Shown piece after piece: positions 15,684-30,184 of a stretch of 64,000 bases of DNA. The notes under the pieces are model-generated. The model was not told the DNA's origin and did not search any database. It was given only the letters and a program-made list of their open reading frames with translations. The position numbers and the translations under genes were made by a program. Position 1 is the stretch's first letter, and the number at the start of each line of letters is the position of its first letter. This DNA is from Eledone cirrhosa (Eukaryota): NCBI GenBank assembly GCA_964016885.1, contig OZ024743.1:55924001-55988000 (forward strand). Direction: 5' to 3'.

Positions 15684-15762
15684 ATGTATGTATGTATGTA
15701 TGTATGTATGTATGTATGTATGTATGTATGTATGTATGTATGTATGTATGAATGTAAGTTGT

Positions 15763-16306
15763 CAGGTCACACTTGAGTGCTACTGGTAACATGTAACCCA
15801 ATACAACCTGTCGCATGGTCGGGTCGGCGGTGACTAAACCGGCAACCCCACCAAGTTTACTTGGTGAGGAGGGTGATTTTAGACATCTTGCAGGACAAAA
15901 AACAAAACCTGACAAAGAGCGGAAGAACTCATAATTGTCAACGGCCATCCAAAAGTGTGTAAATATGTATATACACATGTACTGCGCGGTTAAACCACTG
16001 GGAGTGAAGGACCCCTAGCCTTTGTCAGGGCATTCTTCTAGGAGAAGGCAACTCATGAAACTGGGATAACTCCGATATCAAACCTGCGGCTCAGTAGTTA
16101 CCGATGATGTTGATCTTTTTTTTTTTTCGGGTTATAGCTACTGTCGCTCAGAGAGTGGGATTGGCTCAGTGCACAGTATTTCTTTACTTTAAAAATAAAT
16201 CTTCACGCACAGGCATTGCACGATGGCATTATGGCATTAGTTAATAATTATTAATAATGTTATATTGTGCAATGGCCATACTCGATAACGAGGGGGCAGC
16301 CATCAT
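15763..16306 (+). mobile_element. Non-autonomous RTE-derived element, subfamily 2
   Basis: Close to 63495-64000; same 5' end as subfamily 1, 3' end GGCCATACTCGATAACGAGGGGGCAGCCATCAT. Confidence 0.75.
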
Positions 16307-16367
16307 GAATGTAAGTATGAATGTATGTATGTATAAATGCATGTATGTATATATGTATGAATGTATG

Positions 16368-16411
<44 letters not shown>

Positions 16412-16929
16412 GGTATGTATCCTATAGTATGCGCGGATCTGTATGCTTTGAGTTATATGTGTACATGTGCATATATTTTCTATCTATACATGTGTGTATA
16501 TGCAGTTACTACATGCAGCATTTTGGGAATGTTTTACATAATTTTACAGTTCCATTCCTGTACTTGTAACTTCCTAACTAGTCGTGTTGGGCTTGCAATT
16601 GAGAGGTTGTGGGTTCGATTCTCGGATCGGGTGATGCATTGTGTGTTTGAGCAAGACACTTTATTTCACGTTGTTCTAGTTTACTTAGCTGTAGAAATAA
16701 GTTGCGGTTACAACATTGGTGGCGAGGTGAGGGAAGGATGGTATGCATGGGTGACTGATAGTCTTCAGTAAACAACCTTTTCCAGGCGTGTGCTTCGGAG
16801 GGAAACTTTCTACATGCAAAACCATGGTCATTAGTGACCGATGGGGGCCTTTAAAGTATGTATATATATATATATATATATGTATGTAGGTATGTATGCA
16901 TGCATGTATGTATGTATGAATGTATGTAT

Positions 16930-17485
16930 GCTTTTGAAGCGCTCGAATCGCATACAAGAAAGTAAAAGGATGTCAGGAAAAGCATTGCAGTTACATTTCC
17001 AGACAGCAATGGTCTTCTTATGGCGCGGCGCTGACATGCAGCGTCTGTGCAAGACTCTGCATCAGCAAAGCTGGACTCAAAAGTTATCTTCGCAGTCATA
17101 AAGTGAGACCAGTGGTTGACTACAAGGCTGCTGTTGGAGATGCTACTTATCATACCTGTCAAGCATGGGGAAAAGTGTGTAGATCAGCAGGAGAACTCAA
17201 ACACCATGCAAAGTACATGAAGTCCAACCACAACTGGCTATTGTCAGTGAATGTTTTTATCATGGTTGCCAACTCTGTTGAAAACATTTTAGATCATTCG
17301 CTGGGCTAAAAAGCCACATTCAATCGCAACACCGATAATTATTAATATATATATGTGTGTGTGTGTATTTTTATTTTATTCTTTTTTAATTATATTTTTT
17401 TTAATATATATTTATTTATTTTTATATATTTATTTTTTTTTTCATCGTGCGACGGCCATACTCGATAACGAGGGGGCAGCCATCA
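16930..17485 (+). mobile_element. RTE LINE 3' end (C-terminal C2H2-like fingers + 3' terminus)
   Basis: Frameshifted CQAWGKVCRSAGELKHH and FRSFAGLKSHIQSQH segments; ends in the same 3' terminus as 15763-16306. Confidence 0.6.
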
Positions 17486-18031
17486 TATATGTATGAATGT
17501 ATGTATGCATGTGTACATGTAGTTATGTAGGTATGTATGTTCTTCTGGTTTCAATACTTTATAAATATATAAATTAACATAGTCACACGAATCTTTTATT
17601 GGAATTTAGACATCAACTAGGTGAATATGTATGTATATCTGCATGTGTGCGTGCGTGTTTGTGCGAGTATGTGTGTGTGTGCAATTTGTGCGTGTCTGCG
17701 TGTGTGTGTCTGGTTGTTTGTGTGTGTGTGTGTGTCTGTGTCTGCCTGTGCGTGTGTGTGCGCAGGCATGGATGTTCATACATGTGTAGATCTGTATGCT
17801 TTGAGTTATGTGTACACGTGCATGTTTTGTATCTATATATGTGATCATCCAGTTCTTACATGCATATTTTTACAGTTCCATTTATGGATTGTACTTGTAA
17901 CTTCCTAATTAGTCGTGTTGTGTGTACGTATCTATGTAAGTATGTATGTATGTACGTACGTATGTATTTATGTATGGATGTATGCATTATGTATATATAT
18001 ATATATATATGTGTGTGTGTGGGGGGGGGGG

Positions 18032-18130
<99 letters not shown>

Positions 18131-18167
18131 GCGAGGTTTTTTATATGAAATCGTGTGTCGAAACAAA

Positions 18168-19932
18168 TAATGTTATACTTGGGGAGGGTCATATTGTTGT
18201 AATAATATTGCCAGAAATAGTTGTTTCTACGTTAGGCATAAGGCCAGTAATTACCCAGTGTATTACTGGTACTTTATTTTATCGACCCCGTAAGGATGAA
18301 AGGCAAACAGGACACACTTATTTGTTTGGTTGGTTTTCGCTTCTGTATCTTTTATATATCCACAGTTAATTCATTCGGTCCTCCCATGGGAAGGTGGATT
18401 GGGTGGACCAAACCCACATGGACCCCCAAAAACAATGATCAGGTAAGAAAATGGTCGCGCATGCAATAGGGGCTAGTATTAAAACTACCCTAAAGGGCCA
18501 CATATTCAAATTCAACGAAAATTATCTACACCCAAAATGAGGGAGCAGCCATTGGCGTCAGCATAGCTGGTGACGTTGCCAAACTGTTTATGGTATGGTG
18601 GGAAAGGAGACTCAAAGATCTCCTTGATGAGAGCTCCATAGACCTCATCATGTACTCTCGTTACGTAGACGACATTAATATAGTAATAAGGACACCTCCA
18701 CAAGAGAGTACTAACAAGTATTATTTAGAATGTAGCACAATGGAACGCATCCAGCAGATAGCTAACGCATCCAGAGTATAACCGTAACTATCGACTACTC
18801 TTCCAAACACCCTAACAGTAGACTACCTGTATTAGACATGGAACTCTGGATTAATACTATAGACGAGAGGGCCCAAATTCTCCACTCACACTACGCTAAA
18901 CCTATGGCTTCCAAATACCTGATACTCAAAAACTCAGCAATGTCCAGTAGTGTTAAGTTTAATATACTGATCGCAGACTTGGTACGAGTGATGAAGAACG
19001 TGTCCCGCATGTGCGACCCAACAGAAATGGAAATACACATCCAACACTTCATCAACCGCATGCAGTTCTCTGGCTACAACCAAAGAGACAGAATCAGAGT
19101 ATACAAAGGATCCACGGGGAAGTATAAGACCCTCATAGAACTGGAAATGAAAGGAATTTGCCCATTATACAGGAGCAAATCAAGGAATAGCTTAGATAGG
19201 ACTAAACATAAGATAGGGAAAGCCACCTCATTGTACGACATCCTGAGATGCCAGAGTGTCATGTTCGTGTACGTTACCCCTGGAGGGAAATTAACTAACC
19301 AGCATAGAAAGGCCCTGAGAATGACTCACTTAAAGGTTAAAGTGGTAGAAAAGCCAGGAACTACCATAAAATGCCTGATCAGTAAAAACATACCCTTTTA
19401 AGAAAACCCACTGAACTAATAAGAAATGTGTTATATGTAAAGTAAACCCCCAGATAAACTGTAAAACTAGAAACGTAGTCTATAGCATATAAACACACAC
19501 TAGTAAACTAAGATAGAATACAATAACCGAAACGCAGTCGCCAAAACGCGAACACACACCAAACACTATACACACACACGCAAACGCATGCGCAGAGAAG
19601 AAGACAAAAAATAAATAAATAAACAGGCAAAATAAAAATGGCGTAGATATACAATACAACAGGAGGAACATAATAGTACCACTGATGATGTGCAACGAAA
19701 GAACTTTGTTAGACTATATATATATATATTTTTTTTTATATATATATGTCTGTATTTTTTATATATATATATCTGTATTTTTGACCGTTGGTCAGTCAAT
19801 TGTAAACATTGAGGACCGAATGAATTAACTGTGGAGATATAAAAGATACAGAAGCGAAAACCATCCAAACTGAGTGGGCTCTGTTATTATTTCTGGCAAT
19901 ATTATTACAACAATATGACCCTCCCCAAGTAT

Positions 19933-19940
<8 letters not shown>
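18168..19940 (+). mobile_element. Decayed PLE (YVDD-type RT, start of GIY-YIG) with inverted terminal tails (family H)
   Basis: GAAIGVSIAGDVAKLFM...YSRYVDD, LPVLDMELW, CVICKVNPQINCKTRNVVYSI. 18168-18382 is the inverse of 19810-19940, and a SINE piece sits in the left arm. Degenerate hammerhead at about 19674-19715. Confidence 0.85.
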
Positions 19941-19999
<59 letters not shown>

Positions 20000-20352
20000 A
20001 ACGAGTAGGAGCCCGACGGCTGAGCTCAAGCCGTTTCGAAGTGGGGTGGAAGGACTAGGATGGGATGGGGGGAGAAGGAAATATAGAGGAAACGATAAAA
20101 AATATATAAAAAAATCTTACGTCGACCTTTGTAAGCAGGTGTTACCCATTACAAAGTCGGTAAGTGGGGTGTTACAGCCCTTGTCTACCCCCCCCCCGGG
20201 TCATTATGGGGTTTGAGGGCGAGGTAAGTCCTACGCAATCTGTGTTTGCATGCAGTTACCAGTTCGTCTTTCTTGTTTAGGAGTTGGTCCGTCGAAAACA
20301 GCATTTGTAATGTTTCCTCCGAGCATAAGTTATACGGACGGCGTCCTCCCGT

Positions 20353-21618
20353 CTAAGAGTTGGCTCTGGACAGTAAGCTCCAAGTGAGATTATAGGTTAT
20401 ATTGTTATCTTTGAGGTCCCAGATGTGGCCCGAAAGTGTAGTGGCGTGAAGCCGGGCCGGGTTTCGGAAAGTATGTCTGTGTTGGTATAGCCGGGTCTTG
20501 AAGTCACAAGCGGATAATCCTATATAAGCTTTGTTGGAGGTGTCCGTCCTCACGTTGCACTGGTAGATCACATTACGATCTCTGCATCTGTTATCGAGGG
20601 GGAAAATGGTTCCAACAGGACAGTTACACCTCCTGGTCGGCTCTCCATTGCTATCTAGGTTATTTCTTCGATAGGAGTTGATTTTTTTGTTGTTAGAGGA
20701 GACGATGTTTTGTGCAAAGTTAGGTGTGGTGCTGTAGGAGAGTTTGATGGTATTTTTGTTGATTATGTTGTGGTAGCGGTGTTGTAGTGGGAAGTGTCTT
20801 TCGATGAGCCTAAAGAAGATTTTCCCGATAGGTGTTGTTACTCGGCGTTGTGGGGGGCGGGGATTGAACCATGTTACGTTGCGTGAGCGGCGGTGTCGCC
20901 TGCTGGTTCCGCTAATGGAAGCTGGATAGTAGAATATGTCCTCCCGGAAACCACTCCGCTTGAGGGCCTGGTTGTAATAAGGCGCATGTTCCTCGAATAT
21001 CTGCTCATTAGCGGACAAACGAGATATGCGGAGGGAGATGTTTTTAACCAGGTTATTGGTGATGTTTCTAGGATGGTTTGACCGGCGGTGGATGTAGTGC
21101 AGGTTGTCTTTTGGTTTCCTGTATGGGTAGTACAGATCATTATCGAGGTCAAGGGTAACGTCCAGGAAGTTTACTCGGGTTAGGTACGTTTGTAGGGTTA
21201 TTTTAAATCCCCAGTCGCGGAAGAAGCTGATTAATTGTTTACGGACCCGGTCTGTACTACTGGGGTTGTACCCTTTAAGGGTAAGGAGCCCATCATCACG
21301 GTACAATCCACCGCCGAATGCAGGAAACATATCGGTGAGTTTATCTAGGAATAATCCTATAAGATCTGTGACCTCAGCCGAATCCGTCGCGCCCATACTG
21401 ACGTCGAAGGGGGAGTCGGGAGCTCTCTGTATCCATTTGGAGTTGTCGAAAAGTAGGACTGTCTTCCTGGCGTGGAGGATGATATTTCTTTCCTGGTCGG
21501 TGATGGGCGCAAGTGTCTCGGCAAAGTCCAGGGCGGCCGTAAGGAGCGGTAAGGTAATTGAAGCATAGTAACTCTCTATGTCAAGCTGGATGAATTTTGT
21601 GTCTCGTTTGTCCTCCAT
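20353..21618 (-). CDS. PLE reverse transcriptase + GIY-YIG endonuclease (disrupted at both ends)
   Basis: DIESYYASI, FDVSMGATDSAEVTDLIG, YRDDG, FLDV, SNHP, CNCP, VIYQC...YIGLSACDFKTRLYQH; the C-terminal NLC...LNKKDELVTACKH lies beyond a stop/frameshift. Confidence 0.9.
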   Translation of the reverse strand: MEDKRDTKFIQLDIESYYASITLPLLTAALDFAETLAPITDQERNIILHARKTVLLFDNSKWIQRAPDSPFDVSMGATDSAEVTDLIGLFLDKLTDMFPAFGGGLYRDDGLLTLKGYNPSSTDRVRKQLISFFRDWGFKITLQTYLTRVNFLDVTLDLDNDLYYPYRKPKDNLHYIHRRSNHPRNITNNLVKNISLRISRLSANEQIFEEHAPYYNQALKRSGFREDIFYYPASISGTSRRHRRSRNVTWFNPRPPQRRVTTPIGKIFFRLIERHFPLQHRYHNIINKNTIKLSYSTTPNFAQNIVSSNNKKINSYRRNNLDSNGEPTRRCNCPVGTIFPLDNRCRDRNVIYQCNVRTDTSNKAYIGLSACDFKTRLYQHRHTFRNPARLHATTLSGHIWDLKDNNITYNLTWSLLSRANS

Positions 21619-22609
21619 ATTGCTGAACCATGAGATTACTTCCTGGGTGTTGACCCATAGGCTAAGTCTGGCGTTTTGCTTAACTTTTGGTATAACGCGA
21701 TCTAGGATTTTTTTTACTGATTCTCCCTATGTCGGACTTCGTTGGGTTTATAAGCCTGATAGATGGTTTACGGACGAAATTGGATTACTGGTACTTGCGT
21801 TCTCATCTGATTGCTGCCCCATTTCCGTGATTTCTAGATTTCTTAGTGGTATCTCTGCTTTAGGTTCTCGTATATCAGTATTTATTTATTTTTTGGAGGA
21901 GGGGCGGGGTTCTGAATTAATTTTTCGTATTAAATTTTTCATATATATCGTACGAGCATTTATGTAGTTTGTATTAGAATTTATGTATTGTAGCGGTACT
22001 CTTATATATCGTATTAGTATTTATTTTCGGGATTCTGAATTAATATTTCGTATTAGTTTCGGGACTCTGAATTATTATTTCGTATTAGTTTTTTTTTTTT
22101 TTTTTTTTTCTAAAGTACTTTGGCCCCCTACTTGTTGACCTGTCATTGTAAGATAGATTTGGCCGATTACTACTAACTCATAAAATTCTTTCACTACAAT
22201 CTCGTATTTAGTATTCCGTCCCACCTTTTAAACTTTTCTATAGTTTAGCAGTACCAATGAGAGATTTGATGATTATGGTAGGGGAATAGTAACCAGAAAT
22301 TGTGTTTTTTTATATTTTTTAACATTCTTATTTTTCTCTATATTTACTCCATATAGATTTACTTATTGTTTCGACTTCCTCCTCCTCTCCCCATCTCTAG
22401 TATACTTCTCTTGACCTATTATCCTTAGGATTTTGCTGTAGTTGTCACTCTCAACGCACGACTGGGTTTCCTCCACTCCCTCTCCCTCTTTCTTCTACTG
22501 GCAAGTTCAGCTACCCCTCCCTTCCACAAAATGCCATGATAGAATTATGTGTCTCAACAACAAACTTTTGACCAATCCTTGTGACAATCACTTTTACCAT
22601 ATATGGAAT

Positions 22610-22707
22610 TACCCCCTGAGAAGCTCGGCTATTCATTTACCGGGATAAAAATGTTCATTTAGTTCAAATTTTGCCGTCGAAACGGCTTGAGCTCAGCCGT
22701 CGGGGTC
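22610..22707 (+). ncRNA. Degenerate hammerhead (family B pLTR)
   Basis: ACCCC-CTGAGAA-...CGGC/GCCG...-GAAA-CGGCT/AGCCG-TC-GGGGT; the core deviates from CUGANGA. Confidence 0.45.
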
Positions 22708-22797
22708 CTACTCGTTCCTATTACCCACTCTACTACCCTAAGTATTGAGTACTTTGGTGCGTTATGGTCCATCTGGTTCCTTGCCACATTTCCTTCG

Positions 22798-22900
<103 letters not shown>

Positions 22901-23039
22901 AACGAGTAGGACCCCGACGGCTGAGCTCAAGCCGTTTCGACGGCTAATTCTACTCGTTCCTATTACCCACTCTACTACTCTAAGTATTGAGTACTTTGGT
23001 GTGTTATGGTCCACCTGGTTCCTTACCACATTTCCTTCG

Positions 23040-23129
<90 letters not shown>

Positions 23130-23136
23130 ACATATA

Positions 23137-23252
<116 letters not shown>

Positions 23253-23639
23253 GTTAAAAGAATAGAGGTGTAACACACAAGTTATTATATATTGGTAAAC
23301 GGAATAGAAAATGCTGACAAATTGTTCACAGTTGAAAAATGGTTTAATTAGGAATAAAAGAGTATTAGTGATTGTATGGGTTAGTATTCAGTTGTGGTTT
23401 TAAGTTTTTAAGTTTTTACCGGTTGCGCATTTCTAAATGCTTTTCAAAAATAATTTTGAGATAGAGTGTCCGTGCTGTTTGCTCTTTTTGAAAAGCATTT
23501 AGAAATGCGCAACCGGTAAAAACTTAAAAACTTAAAACCACAACTGAATACTAACCCATACAATCACTAATACTCTTTTATTCCTAATTAAACCATTTTT
23601 CAACTGTGAACAATTTGTCAGCATTTTCTATTCCGTTTA

Positions 23640-23645
<6 letters not shown>
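23253..23645. mobile_element. Family G inverted pair in (TA)n
   Basis: About 23290-23450 is the perfect inverse of about 23485-23645. Confidence 0.7.
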
Positions 23646-23688
<43 letters not shown>

Positions 23689-23777
23689 GTATGTGTGTGT
23701 ATTCAGGTTGTTCCGTTAATCAAACAACTGGTATACTCCTCGTCGGAAGCGAGGGAGGTCCAATAGTTGAATAATTA

Positions 23778-23935
23778 ATTATTTCTACTTTTGGCACAAG
23801 GTCAGCAATTATTCCAGTGCATTACTGGTACTTTATTTTATCGACCCCGTAAGGATGAAAGGCAAAGTAAACCTCGGCGGGATTTGAACTCAGATCATAA
23901 AGGGACGTAACTATGCTGGAAAGCATGGCGTCCGA
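23778..23935 (-). mobile_element. tRNA-derived SINE
   Basis: B-box GAGTTCAAATCCC on the minus strand; matches 29428-29621. A decayed copy lies at 24510-24710. Confidence 0.75.
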
Positions 23936-24164
23936 CTTGAATAATTAATGTTTTTTTAACTATTACTCCCCTCTTTTATATTCCCATTCACACAACGCTT
24001 CTATTACTTCGATCAATGATCAATGTCACATATTGATACTTTGTTCCTGAATATATATATATTGTCTCAATCTACTAAAGAGTGTATTAATGCTTTAATT
24101 TTCTTAGTAACTGTCTGTGTACGGAGAGGTTAAGGTAGCCATAACTACACCAATAACAACAACA

Positions 24165-24231
24165 GCAACTACTACTACTACTGCTACTGCTACTACTACT
24201 ACTACTACTGCTGCTGCTACTGCTACTACTA

Positions 24232-24263
<32 letters not shown>

Positions 24264-24294
24264 ACTACTACTACTGCTGCTGCTACTGCTACTA

Positions 24295-24392
<98 letters not shown>

Positions 24393-24425
24393 GTTGCTGC
24401 TACAGCAGCAACAGTAGTAGTAGTA
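24165..24425. repeat. (ACT)n/(GCT)n trinucleotide repeat
   Basis: Directly visible. Confidence 0.95.
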
Positions 24426-24709
24426 TGAATGAGAATGTCAAGAATAACAACAATAACAACTACAATAACAATTGAATCCTCCGTAATGACAGCAATAACA
24501 ACAACAACATTAATAACAAAATTTCTGATTTAAGCAGAAGGCCAACAATGTGAGGGGAGAGGAAAGTCGATTAAATCTACCCCAGGACATCACCTGTATT
24601 TTAGCGACTCTCTAATGATGAAAGACAAAGCCAACCTCGGCGGAACTCAGAGCATAAAGGGACGTAACTATTACCCAACGTTCTGCCGATACTGCCAACC
24701 TACCGCAGT

Positions 24710-24860
24710 ATTAACAACAACAACAACAACGACGACAACAACAACAACACCACCAACAACAACAACGACAAGACACCACCAATAACAACACCACCAACAA
24801 CAACAACGACAAGACACCACCAACAACAGCAACAAACAACAACAACAACGACAAGACACC

Positions 24861-24901
<41 letters not shown>

Positions 24902-25829
24902 CGACAAGACACCACCAACAAAAACAACAACAACGACAAGACACCACCAACAATAACAACAACAACGACAAGACACCACCAACAACAGCAACAAACAACA
25001 ACAACAACGACAAGACACCACCACCAACAACAACGACGACAAGACACCACCACCAACAACAACAACGACAAGACACCACCACCAACAACAACAACGACGA
25101 CAAGACACCACCAACAATAACCACGACGACGACAACAACAACAACACCAACGACAACACCACCACCACCACCACCAACATCAACAACAACACCACCAACA
25201 ACAACAACGACGACAAGACACCAACAACAACAGCAACAAACAACAACGACGACAACAACAACAACAACACCAACGACAACAACAACACCACCACTACCAC
25301 CATCAACAACAACAACACCACCAACAACAACAACGACAAGACACCAACAACAACAGCAACAAACAACAACGACGACAACAACAACAACACCAACGACAAC
25401 AACAACACCACCACCACCACCACCATCAACAACAACAACACCACCAACAACAACAACGACGACAAGACACCAACAACAACAGCAACAAACAACAACGACG
25501 ACGACAACAACAACAACAACACCAACGACAACAACAACACCACCACCACCATCAACAACAACAACACCACCAACAACAACAACGACTAGACACAACAACA
25601 ACAACAACAAACAACAACGATGACAACAACAACAACAACAACACCAACGACAACACCACCACCACCACCATCAACAACAACAACACCACCAACAACAACA
25701 ACGACAAGACACCAACAGCACCACCAACAACAACAAACAACAACGACGACAACAACAACAACAACAAACAACAACGACGACAACAACAACAAACAACAAC
25801 GACGACAACAACAACAACGACAAGACACC

Positions 25830-25896
<67 letters not shown>

Positions 25897-25950
25897 CCAA
25901 CAACGACAACACCAATAACAACAATAACAACAAGGACAACAACAACAACT
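24710..25950. repeat. Compound (CAA/CAC/GAC) minisatellite with recurring ACGACAAGACACC units
   Basis: Directly visible. Confidence 0.9.
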
Positions 25951-27379
25951 ATATTGGTAATAAGAAGGACAACTTAAATGTCCTTAACGACAATAACAAT
26001 GACAGCAATGAGAACAACTATTGAAACGTCCGTAAAAACAATTATAACAACAGCAATAACGTTAACAACAAACATTTTAACAACATCAATATTGACAACA
26101 ACAACAACAACAACAACAACAGCAGCTGTACAACAATGACAACTACAACAACAACCAAAACGTCGGTTAGGACAACAATAACAACAACAATAAGCATATG
26201 TGTTACTTTGCGATGATTTATTTAAGAGCAGATAACAATCTAGATAATTGTGTATTAGTGTCACAGCAGACCATCCATCACAACGCCACAGTTCGTGGGT
26301 CTCGGGTGCAGTTGGTGTGACAGTTTATAGATATCTTTTCTATATTACACTACATCTAATTACGCTCCATTTCTCAATCTCTACGTATATCATCAAGATG
26401 GATCCTTCTAGAAAATTGCCTCTAATTTGACATTTATAGACATTGATGGTGTAAGATTATGGGTGGAAAATAAGGTCCCAGTTATCCGCCCCTGTCTCTA
26501 GAAAAACATGCTTTATTTTGAGAACCTCATTAAGAAATATTTAATTCATTTAGCGGATTGATACGTCACGTGGACATAGGGTTTCTATAAAATAAGAGGA
26601 TTTTTTTTTCCTTGTTATAGAAAGGACCTGCATCGGTTTCTATGATGACATGTGTTCCTCTTGTAAAATCAACAGAACAGTCTGCTGGTGGAGTTAACGT
26701 GTAAGTGGCTGAGCATTCGACAGACACGTGCACCTATAAATTAGTGACTAAGGTATTCGGCTCTCGATCGTAATGTTCTGAGTTCTATTCCTGTCGACTC
26801 GTTGTATCCTTCAGTAAAATATTTCAATTCACTTTATTCCAATTTACTCACCTGGCAAAAAAAGCTGTAATCTCGGATCTCAAATAATCGACTCCTCCCC
26901 ATCCGCTTATTAATTTTACAGATTTTTCTGTATAGATGGGCAAACATTTCGATATGTCTGGGGTTGAAAATTGACACATATGGTAAAACATTTTCCCTTG
27001 AATATCTATGTTTTGCCCTTTCTCTTCTGTTGGTGATTAGTCCAAGTGGGAAGGCTCAATCCATAAACATACTTTTCAGTTCATCCAGTCTTTGCTAACG
27101 TTTAATTGGGTCCGATACTATTATGCATATTCTTTAGGATGGGTTCAATTTCGTGTTTTGGATGATTTAATGTAAATGGAAGATACTTTTCGGAGTCCGT
27201 GGATTTATAGAAAATGTCTATTCTTCCGTCTGTTTTTATCTACAAACTCTAAAGAGAAGGGCAGGAAAGAGAGAGAATGTGTGTGTTATAGAGAAATAAA
27301 GGAAGAATCAGTTATATATCGGGGCAATAAGAAAGGGTGGATGACATGAACAATATTACAAAAGTAGTACAAAAAGTAT

Positions 27380-27760
27380 TTTATATTGGAGGCGATGATT
27401 CATTGTAAAGGTGCAAAATTGTGCTCATTTTCGACAATAGCTCAGCCTACCCGAAACATGAATATCTTGTAAAAAATATTGCTGTTGGTATTTATTTACC
27501 TCCAAATAGTGCACCAATCTTCTGTTCAAAGAATATTAGGATCATTAAAAGCGAAATACAGGTCACAATTTATGCATGGCGTGTTACTTGATTATCATGG
27601 TAGTAACTCTATAAAAGATTGTCTTGAGGAATTCAACACGAAAGATATGATGCGGGAATTGGCTATGGTATTGATGAATGTGAAAGGACAAGCTCTAAAA
27701 AATGTGTGACATAATCTTTAGCTATTTCACAGCCCTGTAGATTTTAAAGGTTTTTGTATG
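27380..27760 (+). pseudogene. Tigger/pogo DDE_1 transposase relic
   Basis: CKIVLIFDNSSAYP...YLPPNS then (frameshift) ILGSLKAKYRSQF, matching the pogo LL.DN..AHP / FLPPN / II.SLK..YR pattern. Confidence 0.65.
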
Positions 27761-28229
27761 TATAATAATATCATTATTTTAGAGTTAATGCATTATGCAA
27801 AAGATTTTGTCAAGCCTTGTATTTCTGGATATAATGAACGATCTACAAGAGGATCTACACGAGTGAATGAATGCTGACTCGGATGTCTCAGTCGTCTTTC
27901 AAGTAACAAAAGAAATTGTAAGAATGGTACAGGAGAACAACAATGAAGAGGAGGAGTAGGAGGCACAAATTGAGAAAACACTTTCAATTGGGAGGTTTAT
28001 TCGGTTGACAACCGAATTCATTGCATAGTTTGGACAAAGAAATGTTATATCTGAGCTAGAAGTGTAGAATAGGTGTATGACACGAAAAGCTGCAGTTAAG
28101 GAAATGTCGAAATACCCGAAACAGGTAACTCTACCAGAATGTTTTAAAGAATTTAATCAATTTATTTATGATAAAAACTGTATAAACATGATATTATTTA
28201 CAGTAATAATAATAATAATGGTGTCATTT

Positions 28230-29800
28230 ATTGACCACAAGTGCCGATATGTGGGGGACAATACAAAGACACGGACAGTGGGGATTTACAATAAGCTCGA
28301 GTAACTGCACAATAGCAAAACCAATTTAACAATGAAAATATATAAAATAAACTATGCTTAAAAATAACAAAATAAATTCCCCAATAGGGGGGGGGGGGTG
28401 AACCACCCAGGGGCGACTCAGGTCATCCATCAATCCGGAAACACCCAACGCTTCTAGGGCACCCGGGGAGGGAACCTCTCTCCTCCTCAAATTAACCAGC
28501 CTACAGGCGCATAGTCAGAGTAGGCCCACTCACACGAGCCATTCTCGCCACATTCATCCACCTCTTATCAAATGTACTGGGAGAGGGAGGGCAGCACTTC
28601 TCTCTCCACCGTCACCGTCCTTTCCAAGTGAAGCTTGAAGTTGATGAGAGATAGGCCGAAGGGAAAAAGTGTCTGTCTTCAGTCCTTTCAACCTGGTCTA
28701 TCATACAACCTCTTTCGCAACTGCTACCAGACAGAGAGAAATTGCTTGCCCTTCCTGGCCAAAAGACGGCGGAGGTCGATCTTCACTATGGACTCGGCCG
28801 ATATCCGGATCCGTTCTACACGCGACTACAGCTGTTCGACATAACTCCAGAAGTCAGTCATGCAGAGACACTGGACGAGTGCGTGCAGAACGGTTTCGAT
28901 GCTTCGCTCTGCGCGCATCTCGGGCAGGTCCGTCTGACAGCACTTCCGCGCCTGTAGAATTTATCTCGAATCGGCAGTGCCCCCGAGGGATTTCTGGAAG
29001 TTATCCATCGTCCCCGGCTCGGAAATCCTTCGGAACAGACTGGTCAGTTCGACTTTGTCGACGCCCAGAGCATCTCCGAGTGCGTCGTCACATTTGCCCA
29101 CCACTAATCCTCTATAGAACTCAAGAGTGGAAGTTCTACTGACCACATTGCCCGCCTGGTAGTGGCCAGTGAGTGCCTGGCAACATTACAGATGCCACTC
29201 ACCCAGTCTCGGTCTCTTCTTGACCCAGGCCTGCAGTTCAGTCAAAGAGACGAGCTACGGAAAAGCCTGTCTGATAAACGGCTGTTCACCTTTTCACCTG
29301 TTCACCTTTTAGGCAGAATATCTGGAGAATAATAATAATTGTTTCTACTTTTGGCACAAGGCTAGCAATTATCCAGTACATTACTGGTACTTTATTTTAT
29401 CGACCCCGTAAGGGGTCTGGAGAATAAGAATAATTATTTCTACTTTTGGCACAAGGCCAGCAATTATCCCAGTGCATTACTGGTACTTTATTTTATCGAT
29501 CCCGTAAGGACGAAAGGCAAAGTTAACCACGGCGGGATTTGAACTCAGACCATAAAGGGCCGTAAGTCTTTGCTGCAAAGCATGGCGTCCGGCCCTCTAC
29601 CGATACTGCCAATCCACCGCCCTGGAGAATAATAATAATGACAACTATAATGACGCACCGCCGGCGCTCCGATCTTGCGGAGGAGCTCGGCAGTATGGAG
29701 TCCAAGTACGCCTGAGGTCTCAGCGGCGACCGATGCCGAGCAAAATCCTATCAAGCCCCAGGAAACTCTTCCCAGCACACCCCATCCCCAGACGTGACAA
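28230..29800 (-). mobile_element. Tx1/L1-clade LINE 3' part, interrupted by SINEs
   Basis: GALPIRDKFYRRG...CPRCAQSE / ETVLHALVQC zinc-binding segment; GC-rich relative to flanks. Confidence 0.7.
29428..29621 (-). mobile_element. Near full-length tRNA-derived SINE (plus tandem 3' fragment 29330-29415)
   Basis: Minus strand: GGCGGTGGATTGGCAGTATCGG (A box) ... GAGTTCAAATCCC (B box) ... CCTTGTGCCAAAAGTAGAAA tail. CTGGAGAATAATAATAAT is repeated on both sides (TSD-like). Confidence 0.8.
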
Positions 29801-30184
29801 ATGATGACACAGATGTTCTACAAAAAAACCCGAACATTGATTTACTTGTATTCAATTCGAATTTAGATTACATAAATACATTAAATATATATTGTAAGTG
29901 GATTTATAATAAAAATCAAATAAATAAAAGATAGTTTTTTGTTCATAAATTTTACGTAATGTTTTACAGATATCAGCAGCTTATTTTTATTTCCTTTTTA
30001 TATTAATCTACTTACTACCGGGTCACAGTACAGTAAACATATGCCTAATGACTAGTACTTTATCATAAAGAAGCCCAGAAGGCTTGAAGTAGGTTTATGT
30101 CTATGTAAGTTGTATTCTTCAAACTCCAACTAATATGGCAATCAAAGAAGTTGACATCACAAATGAAATTGATGTTATTCTGGT

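Noticed and set aside
29540-29621. tRNA gene
   Set aside because: A/B boxes belong to a multi-copy SINE head; no cloverleaf.
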